From contig CP091279.1 of assembly GCA_021650915.1 (NCBI GenBank), forward strand, positions 2,250,001 to 2,282,000: DNA of 32,000 bases, in the 5' to 3' direction. The position numbers and the translations under genes were made by a program. The notes beneath the pieces are model-generated. The model was given only the letters and a program-made list of their open reading frames with translations, did no database searches and was not told where the DNA came from. Shown one piece after another: positions 24,682 to 32,000 of the stretch. This DNA is from Candidatus Brocadia sp. (lineage in GTDB: Bacteria > Planctomycetota > Brocadiia > Brocadiales > Brocadiaceae). Each line of letters starts with the position of its first letter. Within the stretch, counting starts at the first letter, position 1.

Positions 24682-24849
24682 GTCGCAATTAATCATAAAT
24701 AATATGTCTGGAAATTAGTTAAGACTACGGCACATTTTCTTGCTTTCCTTCTGAAACAAAGGGGTTGATATTTTGTTTTGAATGGCCATCCGTATGGATC
24801 TTCCATAAAACTACCACCACATATCTATCGTTATAAAAGGAGAATTGTA

Positions 24850-25167
24850 ATGCAAACAACGACAAAAAGAGACCTATGCGAGAAGATTGCCCGAAGAACG
24901 GATAACACCCATATGGTCGTAAAGAAAACGATCCAGATGTTTTTGGACGAGATTATCAGTGAGCTTGCACAAGGCAATCGTATCGAACTCCGTGATTTCG
25001 GGGTTTTCGAAATACGGCAACGCGCCGCGCGGAAGGCAAGGAACCCGAGAACCGGTGAGGTAGCTTTTGTGCCAGCCAAAAATGTGGTGGTATTTAAAGT
25101 TGGAAAATTGATGCGGGAAAAGGTTGGTGGCCCAACCCAGGCACAACAACCTACCCAAGGAACTTAA
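24850..25167 (+). CDS. HU/IHF-family DNA-binding protein
   Basis: I prefer ATG 24850, after AAAGGAG. TKRDLCEKIARRT....VKKTIQMFLDEIISELAQGNRIELRDFGVFEIRQRAARKARNPRTGEVAFVPAKNVVVFKVGKLM has the canonical IHF/HU arm (R-N-P-x-T). Confidence 0.88.
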   Translation: MQTTTKRDLCEKIARRTDNTHMVVKKTIQMFLDEIISELAQGNRIELRDFGVFEIRQRAARKARNPRTGEVAFVPAKNVVVFKVGKLMREKVGGPTQAQQPTQGT

Positions 25168-25171
25168 GGTG

Positions 25172-25651
25172 ATGGTATCTGACCTATTTAAACAAAAAGA
25201 GCGTTTTGAAAAGGGTATCGTCAGACGTCTGAATGGCAGCTACGCAACGGTGGAAATCCTAAGGAAGAATTCACCGGAATGCACAAACTGCAGCAGTTGT
25301 GCAGGGGCTGATGACAAACCCCAGCTTTTCGAGGTTAAGGCATTTCCCGGTTTGAAGGCGGGTGAGCGCGTAACGCTTCAAACAATCGGGCATTCTCCTT
25401 ATACGGGCATGATTCTCATTTTCATCCTTCCGCTTGTTAGCCTTGTAATGGGCAGTTTCCTAGGGAGAAAATGGCATTTTCTCTATCCTAATTCGTCCGA
25501 TGTCAGAATGATCAGTTGCGGTTTCATCTTTTTTCTGTTGTCCCTTGTGGCGGTAAGTATCTACGAAAAAACGATGCGACATCAGAAACGAATAGGGCGG
25601 AAAATCATCTCCAGAGACACGCGGGATAGCATCAATCTAATTCCAGGCTAG
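25172..25651 (+). CDS. RseC/MucC-family membrane protein (SoxR-reducing system RseC-like)
   Basis: I prefer ATG 25172 (MVSDLFKQ..). The N-terminal OB-like part has a Cys cluster (ECTNCSSCAG), followed by two TM helices (GMILIFILPLVSLVMGSFL; CGFIFFLLSLVAVSIY). Confidence 0.65.
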   Translation: MVSDLFKQKERFEKGIVRRLNGSYATVEILRKNSPECTNCSSCAGADDKPQLFEVKAFPGLKAGERVTLQTIGHSPYTGMILIFILPLVSLVMGSFLGRKWHFLYPNSSDVRMISCGFIFFLLSLVAVSIYEKTMRHQKRIGRKIISRDTRDSINLIPG

Positions 25652-25720
25652 CAGCCATATCTTTCACCATTGTCTCTGAATTCTATAATCTCGTATTACC
25701 TTTTTCATCAGCGTGCATTT

Positions 25721-27877
25721 ATGGAAAGTAGACTAGATTTAGATACAGAATTTGGAAATCTTGCCATTTCTGAAGGATTCATAACACCAGCGCAGGCATC
25801 TTCCTGTCAGCGCATTGCTGATACCTTTGGGGGTGAATACTCACGAAATAGCCTTGATGCCGTCATGGTAGAACGTGGTTATATCACACCGGAACAAAGG
25901 GATAGCCTCTTAAAAATTCTGGGAATTACCTTCGTTTTCTGTCCCTATTGTAAAAAAGGGTTCAAAGAGGCAGACACCGACATTCAGGAGATCATGTATT
26001 GCAAACATTGCGAGAAAAGCTTTGAATACCAACATGCCGACCAGATGGACATGCATCAGGCATCGATAACATCCGGAAAAACCCTCGCCTCTTTTCATCA
26101 GCAAACCTGCGATTTTTATATTGGTAAATTGTTGGGGGATAAATATGAAATCGTGGAAAAAATTGCGGTGGGAGGCTGGAGTACCATCTATAAGGCCAAG
26201 AGAAAGATGCTGGACATTGATGACGTTGTCGCAATGAAAATATTGCACGTAAACCTGAGAGAAAACCCCCAGGATATCAAACGATTTTATAATGAAGCAG
26301 CGACGATCTGTGAACTACGCCACCCCAATGCTATTTATCTGTATGATTTTGACCGGGACGCACAGGGCACGATTTATATGGCAATGGAGTTTGTCCATGG
26401 TAAAAATCTGAAGGAAATCATCAGAGATAACGGCCCAATCACGGTGGCAAGAATGTTGCACATTATTTTCCAGGTATGTGATGTTATATCGGCAGCTCAC
26501 AAACACCCAAAAAAGATCATCCATCGGGATATTACTCCCCAGAATATCATGTTATCCCGGGTGGGAGAGGCGGACGATTTTGTAAAAGTCCTGGATTTTG
26601 GAATAGCAAAACTTTGGTTGCACGACCATGTATCTCTCACCGGAAGCATTGTAGGAACCCCCCTTTATATGGCGCCTGAGCAATGGGAGGGCGGGTGCGA
26701 TGAAAGGACGGATATCTATTCTCTGGGAATCATTATGTATGAAATGTTAACGGGAGAAACGCCCTTTCAAGGCGATCAGGTAGTATTAATGAATAAACAC
26801 TTACATGCAAAACCACTACCTTTCCGGAGGTTAAACAAAAAATTAGCGGTGCCCCCCTACATCGAACGCATTATTCTCAAATGTTTGGAAAAAAATAAGG
26901 ACAAGAGACCCCAATCGGTAGATGAGCTAAAATCATTGCTACAAAATGAGCAAAGCAGCACAACATCAATATTCTCAACGTACCCCAGCCGAACCGTTCT
27001 GGTTATGATACTTATCCTTCTCCTGATCCCCCTCACACTTTACCCGTTCTTTTGGCCTGGCAGAGATAAGAAAGATATCCCGTCCCTCACGGAAAGTGTT
27101 TCCACCCACAAGGAATCTTCCCAGAAAATACTGGCATTCCAGAAGAACGATAGCGGCAACAGGTATAAAGTCCCGGATAACGCCGGAGAACTCTTTTTCA
27201 GTGAAGAGTTCAATAGAGCCTATGAATTCTACAAGACATGCTTCAGTCAAAAACCCGTTCTCACTCCACCGGATAACAACAATAACGGCTCCAAACACAT
27301 CGTGGCCACGAAGCTCCTCAACAAAGATTCTCCAGACAAAGGGATCGACCTGGTTCAAGAATATGACCCCGGTGCAGATTATAAAAAACCAGTACCGGAC
27401 ACGAACGAACCCATAAAAAATGAAATACAAGAGTGGTTGCAGAATTATAAAAAGGCATGGGAAATGGCAGACATTGAAGCCTTAAAAGAACTGGGAGAGA
27501 TCTCTTCAAAAAAGGAGGAAAAGAAGCTGAGGAAGCATTATTCCTATGTGAACTATGTTACCGTCTCCATTCAAAATGTAGTAATCGATGTACAGGAGGA
27601 TGGCTGTCAGGCTGTCATTAGTTTTGACCAGGAGGACGAATGGACCGACGAAAAAAGCAACCGGCACAGAAAAGTTCCGCCAAGGATAACAAAAATCCTT
27701 CGAAAGGAAGATGGCGCATGGAAAATCGAGAAAATAACGGATCAGACGAGTAGACAGGCAATGCTGTATAAAAAATATAAACACCTTTGGGATGGTATTG
27801 CCCTGAGATATGATAATTTCAAGAAAAGGGTCAAGCTCTCATTGCTACAGCCAGAAAGAACGAATCGCAGCAATTGA
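25721..27877 (+). CDS. membrane Ser/Thr protein kinase with an N-terminal zinc-ribbon region and a C-terminal extracytoplasmic NTF2/SnoaL-like domain
   Basis: I prefer ATG 25721. Zinc ribbon: CPYCKKGF...CKHCEKSF. Hanks kinase motifs: VAMKIL, HRDITPQNIML, DFGIAK, MAPEQ. TM segment: VLVMILILLLIPLTLYPFFW. C-terminus: IQEWLQNYKKAWEMADIEALKEL...DGAWKIEKI is NTF2-like. Confidence 0.88.
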   Translation: MESRLDLDTEFGNLAISEGFITPAQASSCQRIADTFGGEYSRNSLDAVMVERGYITPEQRDSLLKILGITFVFCPYCKKGFKEADTDIQEIMYCKHCEKSFEYQHADQMDMHQASITSGKTLASFHQQTCDFYIGKLLGDKYEIVEKIAVGGWSTIYKAKRKMLDIDDVVAMKILHVNLRENPQDIKRFYNEAATICELRHPNAIYLYDFDRDAQGTIYMAMEFVHGKNLKEIIRDNGPITVARMLHIIFQVCDVISAAHKHPKKIIHRDITPQNIMLSRVGEADDFVKVLDFGIAKLWLHDHVSLTGSIVGTPLYMAPEQWEGGCDERTDIYSLGIIMYEMLTGETPFQGDQVVLMNKHLHAKPLPFRRLNKKLAVPPYIERIILKCLEKNKDKRPQSVDELKSLLQNEQSSTTSIFSTYPSRTVLVMILILLLIPLTLYPFFWPGRDKKDIPSLTESVSTHKESSQKILAFQKNDSGNRYKVPDNAGELFFSEEFNRAYEFYKTCFSQKPVLTPPDNNNNGSKHIVATKLLNKDSPDKGIDLVQEYDPGADYKKPVPDTNEPIKNEIQEWLQNYKKAWEMADIEALKELGEISSKKEEKKLRKHYSYVNYVTVSIQNVVIDVQEDGCQAVISFDQEDEWTDEKSNRHRKVPPRITKILRKEDGAWKIEKITDQTSRQAMLYKKYKHLWDGIALRYDNFKKRVKLSLLQPERTNRSN

Positions 27878-27906
27878 CACCAGGAAGAATTTCCGTAAAC
27901 AATAGA

Positions 27907-27936
27907 AATCCTTGCGGCAAAGGATTACCTTTTTTG
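27907..27936 (+). terminator. intrinsic terminator for the kinase gene, overlapping the shc stop codon
   Basis: AATCCTT (27907-27913), loop GCGGCA, AAGGATT (27920-27926), then ACCTTTTTT. Confidence 0.5.
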
Positions 27937-29976
27937 AAGGGCATTGCGGTATTTGCTCAACGCGAGAAGAGGAAAATAGGTGCAGTACATATGATATTTC
28001 AGATAAAAGACCTTGGGGAAACCCGTTGCCGTAAATTCCGTTTCATCCCAGCTTCCGTCTTCTTTTTGAGTCGCCAGGAGGAATTTAATTCCCTTTTCCA
28101 GGGCATCAGGTCTCGTCTCCCCACCTGCAAGTAAGGCTAACAAAGCCCATGCCGTTTGTGAAGGCGTGCTCTTCCCAATTGCCTTGAGGAATGGATCATC
28201 ATAGGACTGAATGGTCTCACCCCATCCGCCATCAGAATTCTGAACACTTTTCAACCACTCCATAGCGCGCCGGATATAGGGCATAGTCATGTCTTCCCCA
28301 ATCGCAGAAAGTCCGGAAAGTACGGACCACGTACCATAAATATAATTTGCGCCCCAGCGGCCAAACCACGAACCGTCTTTTTCCTGCTCTTTCCGGAGAA
28401 ACGCTACTGCCTTTTGGATATCCTGAGAGGACTTGCCAAACCCTATGCGGCCTAAAAAGTCGATACACCGGGCGGTAACGTCACTCGTGCTCGGATCCAA
28501 TAAAGCATTAAAATCTGCAAACGGAATATGATTTAAAAGGGTCTTGTTGTTGTTGCGGTCAAATGCACCCCACCCACCGTCATCGCATTGCATCGCCAGA
28601 ATCCATCGCATTCCGCGCAAAAACGAAGACTCTTTGCGAGCGGTTTCCGGCAGTGATACCCGTTGTAATGCCATGAGGACAGCGGCGCTGTCATCGGTAT
28701 CGGGGTAAAACTCATTTGCATATTGAAAGTACCAGCCGCTTGGCTCGTCGACCTTGCATTTCAAAGCCCAATCACCGAAATTCCTCACTTCCTTGCTGAG
28801 AAGCCACCGTCCAGCCCTTTGTAACGCAGGATCAATGCTGGGAACCCCGGATTCATGGAGCGCAATAATCGCCCATGCGGTATCCCATACCGGCGATACG
28901 CACGGTTGCAGGTACAGCCTGTCGCCCTCGCAGACAACCAGATTTTCTATATCTTTCAGCTGCTTTGCCAGCGCCGGATGATCATCCGGATAGCCAAGAC
29001 ACTTCATGGCAAAAATCGAGTTAATAATTGCCGGCCAGATAGCGCCAAGTCCGCCAGATTTCTCCAGATGATCCAGCATCCATCTTTCCGCTTTGCGAAG
29101 GGCAACTCTCCGAATGCATTGAATGGGTTGTTGTTCGTAGCGTCTGAAAATACTGTCAGCGTCAATAAAGAAATTACGCCAGCTCAAACCCGCTTGATCC
29201 CGCTTAATGCGGTAAACAACCTTTTCGCGCGGCACGACGTAGAGCTCTTTCAGCAAATCATCCCCAACGGGAATATGAGGTTTTTTTGCTATGGCAATAG
29301 AGAGCGGCACCACAATGCATCTCGACCAGTAAGACATCTCATAAATACTAAAGTAAAATCCGGGGGGAAACAGGATCATTTCAGCAGGAACGGCGGGCAC
29401 AGCCCGCCAGTCAACCTGCCCAAACATGGCAAGGTAAATCTTCGTGAAGCAGTTGGCCTTCATAATGCCTCCCTTATCGAGAATGCATCTTCTGGCCCTC
29501 TGCATGAAAGGTTCGTCTGCGGGATACCCCGCCAATTTCAGGGCAAAATACGCTTTTACCGAAGCGCTGATTTCACTAGGACCCCCGTAGTAAATATTCC
29601 AGCCACCGTCGGGAAGTTGATGGTCTCTGAGGAGATGCGCAGCCATTTTTTGTTTCTCATGATCTATCTTCCCAAGAAAATGCATGAGCATAATATAATC
29701 TGACGTTATGGTTGTGTCCGCTTCTAAAATTCCTACCCAATGCCCATCGGACCGATCTTGCTTCCTGAGAAGGTACTGCTGCGATCTGATGATTCCCGTA
29801 TCCAAAGGATTTTTTCCTGCCAACGGCGGAGTGATGCTTGTCCTTACCGGCATACTTTCAAATCGTAAATTCTCCTTCGGTAATTCAGGAACGGGATGCT
29901 TCCCGTTTCCGTTTCCATTGAATTTATAAATACTTGTTTCTAATCGCTCAAACAGGTTTAATAAAAAATTTCTCAT
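27925..29976 (-). CDS. shc: squalene-hopene cyclase
   Basis: 683-aa ORF with repeated QW motifs (e.g. QxxDGGWG, QNSDGGWGE, QKEDGSW) and the catalytic DxDD motif in YPDTDDSAAVL. Confidence 0.93.
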   Translation of the reverse strand: MRNFLLNLFERLETSIYKFNGNGNGKHPVPELPKENLRFESMPVRTSITPPLAGKNPLDTGIIRSQQYLLRKQDRSDGHWVGILEADTTITSDYIMLMHFLGKIDHEKQKMAAHLLRDHQLPDGGWNIYYGGPSEISASVKAYFALKLAGYPADEPFMQRARRCILDKGGIMKANCFTKIYLAMFGQVDWRAVPAVPAEMILFPPGFYFSIYEMSYWSRCIVVPLSIAIAKKPHIPVGDDLLKELYVVPREKVVYRIKRDQAGLSWRNFFIDADSIFRRYEQQPIQCIRRVALRKAERWMLDHLEKSGGLGAIWPAIINSIFAMKCLGYPDDHPALAKQLKDIENLVVCEGDRLYLQPCVSPVWDTAWAIIALHESGVPSIDPALQRAGRWLLSKEVRNFGDWALKCKVDEPSGWYFQYANEFYPDTDDSAAVLMALQRVSLPETARKESSFLRGMRWILAMQCDDGGWGAFDRNNNKTLLNHIPFADFNALLDPSTSDVTARCIDFLGRIGFGKSSQDIQKAVAFLRKEQEKDGSWFGRWGANYIYGTWSVLSGLSAIGEDMTMPYIRRAMEWLKSVQNSDGGWGETIQSYDDPFLKAIGKSTPSQTAWALLALLAGGETRPDALEKGIKFLLATQKEDGSWDETEFTATGFPKVFYLKYHMYCTYFPLLALSKYRNALQKR

Positions 29977-30185
29977 CCCTCAACAACCCTCACGGTAGTA
30001 ATAGTACACTATATTAAGTTGACAATTATCATTACGTTACGTAAGCAGTAACGCAATAAAATACCACATTTAGAAGGCAATTTCAAGGAAAACTTGCCTG
30101 ATGATGGTTCCATTTTTGACCGGATAATTTTTTTCGATATGATTTTCTCTTTTGAAATCACGGGTACGCATCCATACCTGCTATT

Positions 30186-31040
30186 TTAAAAAAATCCATC
30201 TCTTTTTACCTCCTCAATCTCAAACCGCTCATCCACTTTTTTCAAGTAACCCATGCACAACGCAGGGTCATGCTGAAAGATCAGGAGCCAGTGCTCTTCA
30301 AACGCCTGTTGCAGTATTTTCTTTTTGTTCTCCAGGGTTTCCAGGGGGAATAAATCGTATCCAGAAATGTAGGGATACTGAAGATGTGCTGTGGTGGGGA
30401 TGAGATCAGCCAGAAAAAATGCTATGCCTCCCTGGGATTCGATTTTTACACACTGATGATGACGGGTATGCCCTCCTGTTTTTATAAGCGAGACACCCAT
30501 ATCCACCTCTATGATCTCTTCTTGTACGACAGAGAGCAACCCGGCGTCGGCTAATGGCAAAAAGTCTTCGGCCAGATAACTTGCCCTGGTCCTTTCATTG
30601 GAGTTTATAGCAGCATCCATCTCGCCTTTCTGGACAAGATATCTTGCCTTTGGAAAGGTGGGTACAATTCCTTTTTTTTTATCCATGGTTGTATTGCCAC
30701 CGGCATGGTCAAAATGGAGGTGGGTATTGATGACGATATCGATGTTTTCAGGTCGATAGCCAACGTGTTTAAGCGATTCCAACAAATGATATCCTTTATC
30801 AATCCCATACCTTTGACAAAATTTTTCATCATGCTTTGATCCAATTCCCGTGTCGATCAGGATGTTATGGTGTCCAGTTGCAATCAAGAGGCAATGAAGC
30901 GATAACCGTATCCTGTTCTTACTGTCGGGAGGATAAACCTTTTCCCATAGAACACGAGGTACAATCCCAAAAACCGCCCCGCCGTCCAGATACAGATCGC
31001 TATCATTTACCGGATAAATTGTAAATGTGCCCAGCTTCAT
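30186..31040 (-). CDS. MBL-fold metallo-hydrolase
   Basis: The track ORF opens at GTG 31145. I prefer ATG 31040 (MKLGTFTIYPV.., after GGGAGAAGGGGA). The HxHxDH motif is in INTHLHFDHAGGN, with downstream His residues (TGGHTRHH). Confidence 0.85.
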   Translation of the reverse strand: MKLGTFTIYPVNDSDLYLDGGAVFGIVPRVLWEKVYPPDSKNRIRLSLHCLLIATGHHNILIDTGIGSKHDEKFCQRYGIDKGYHLLESLKHVGYRPENIDIVINTHLHFDHAGGNTTMDKKKGIVPTFPKARYLVQKGEMDAAINSNERTRASYLAEDFLPLADAGLLSVVQEEIIEVDMGVSLIKTGGHTRHHQCVKIESQGGIAFFLADLIPTTAHLQYPYISGYDLFPLETLENKKKILQQAFEEHWLLIFQHDPALCMGYLKKVDERFEIEEVKRDGFF

Positions 31041-31238
31041 CTTTCCCCTTCTCCCTGAGGCGTGTACTCCTGCCAAGATAATATCCTGATAAAACCGGCT
31101 TGGGTCAGAACCGTGATGACTACGAATGGCCGGTCGTGTTAACACGATCTCCGGTACGACACCATGCCCAGAAATACAAATCCCTTGTTGGGCACCGGAG
31201 ATTGAAACTTTCCGGTAACCCTTACGTTTTGAAAAAAA

Positions 31239-31309
31239 GCAGGGGCGAAGTTTTTGCCAGTATGAACACGCACATATCCATACCGATTATGGCAAATGCT
31301 TCGCCCCTG
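31239..31309. repeat. repeat family R2 copy (GCAGGGGCGAAGTTTTTGCC ... GGCAAATGCTTCGCCCCTG)
   Basis: A variant of the 6491-6565 and 14855-14928 units, with a GCAG head instead of GTAG. Confidence 0.75.
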
Positions 31310-31448
31310 TGAGTAAGGTTTTCATACCTCTCCTTCATTCCCTCATCGAGAATGAGGGGAGAGAGGGCTGATTATGTTGATTGTGGCTTCGCGGTATCAA
31401 ATAAAAGTATGATTTTTCTAAGAAAAACACACCGTTTTAAGCATATTT

Positions 31449-32000
31449 TTATTTTCTGCATGCCGTCAGATAGGAATCACTGTAAAGATGCTGATTCATG
31501 ATAATCTCTGCGGTTATTGCGGCGTCCATTAAGTCCTTGTCAAGCACGTCCATGACTGCCGCATCCAGTCCGTAGGAGATTCCCATCGTCAGGAACACCC
31601 GAGCCAAAAGCCGCTTTTCCTTTGTTCCCTGCGAAAAGTTGCTCAACCCTACGTTCCTGTGTGGCGGCGGGTCAGAAATCATCTTAATCTGATTGAAGAT
31701 ATCAAACATGAGCGCTGGTTGCTTCTGATCAACATTAATAGGGAAAAGTATGGGATCAATGTATACCTTAGACAGCTCATATTCGTGCTCCACGGCCTTT
31801 TCAACAATCTTCATGGCAAATTCCATGCGACGTTCGACGTCCTGCGGAATGCCGGTTTTGTCCATGGTCAGACATATCAGTGATGCATTATATTCCTTGG
31901 CTATGGACATGAATTTATCCAATTCTTCCGGGTCCCCTTTTGAAGAATTGATTAAGATTTCGTTCTTTGCAACCGACAACCCTGCCTTTACCACATCAAA
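31449..32000 (-). CDS. acsE: pterin-binding methyltransferase, methyltetrahydrofolate:corrinoid/Fe-S protein methyltransferase (AcsE/MeTr)-like; C-terminal part, gene continues beyond the window end
   Basis: The frame stays open to position 32000; the track's start at 31994 is an internal GTG. GLSNFSQGTKEKRLLARVFLTMGISYGLDAAVMDVLDKDLMDAA resembles the MeTr/MetH pterin-binding barrel (GLSNxSFG motif). Confidence 0.7.
   Translation of the reverse strand, partial: FDVVKAGLSVAKNEILINSSKGDPEELDKFMSIAKEYNASLICLTMDKTGIPQDVERRMEFAMKIVEKAVEHEYELSKVYIDPILFPINVDQKQPALMFDIFNQIKMISDPPPHRNVGLSNFSQGTKEKRLLARVFLTMGISYGLDAAVMDVLDKDLMDAAITAEIIMNQHLYSDSYLTACRK

Noticed and set aside
24696-24716. AATAATATGTCTGGAAATTAG resembling the MITE terminal repeat ATTAATATGTCTGCACACTAG
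   Set aside because: Only 17 of 21 positions match, it lies in an AT-rich region, and there is no partner end. This is too weak to call a solo TIR.
6833-29703. Long antisense ORFs inside confident genes (6833..7396, 8972..9454, 11438..12016, 21238..21972, 23113..23559, 25910..26248, 26975..27430, 28855..29703)
   Set aside because: Each is fully nested opposite a gene with strong family motifs. None has motifs of its own, so all are typical shadow frames.
1-32000. CRISPR arrays, tRNA or rRNA genes
   Set aside because: All repeats seen are dispersed palindromes, not regularly spaced direct repeats. I found no tRNA-like T-arm (GGTTCGAATCC-type) context or rRNA-like sequence by eye. A tRNAscan/Infernal run would be needed to be certain.

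Overview
32 kb chromosomal window, about 45% GC. The gene content suggests a Planctomycetota-like, possibly anammox-type, organism: squalene-hopene cyclase, an AcsE-like methyltransferase, PEGA/TPR/caspase lipoproteins and a Ser/Thr kinase. This taxonomic call is inference only. Left flank (1-5589): a minus-strand housekeeping operon ribH - nusB(PHP fusion) - ftsY - sdhB(partial), and a divergent tatC carrying an unusual FecR-like C-terminal extension. Centre (5590-19572): a 1-kb non-coding gap holds a candidate c-di-GMP-I riboswitch with an intrinsic terminator. It is followed by a co-directional plus-strand cluster of secreted or lipoprotein genes: a caspase-like C14 peptidase with PEGA and CsgG/TolB-N-like domains; two tandem paralogous Ig-like + CsgG-like lipoproteins; a FadL/PorV-like outer-membrane barrel; two small CarboxypepD_reg-like proteins; a 5-bladed propeller lipoprotein; a legumain-like clan CD peptidase; and an S1 serine protease interrupted by a 105-bp MITE-like insertion. 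Region 18607-22460 is bracketed by two inverted 109-bp copies of that MITE and also contains a group II intron (En-less RT/maturase). Right flank: rlmN, a ferredoxin, rpmH (missing from the ORF track), an IHF/HU-like gene, an RseC-like gene, a Ser/Thr kinase, shc, an MBL hydrolase and a partial acsE-like gene. Intergenic DNA is saturated with at least eight families of palindromic REP/MITE-like repeats, including nested insertions. No tRNA, rRNA or CRISPR array was seen.
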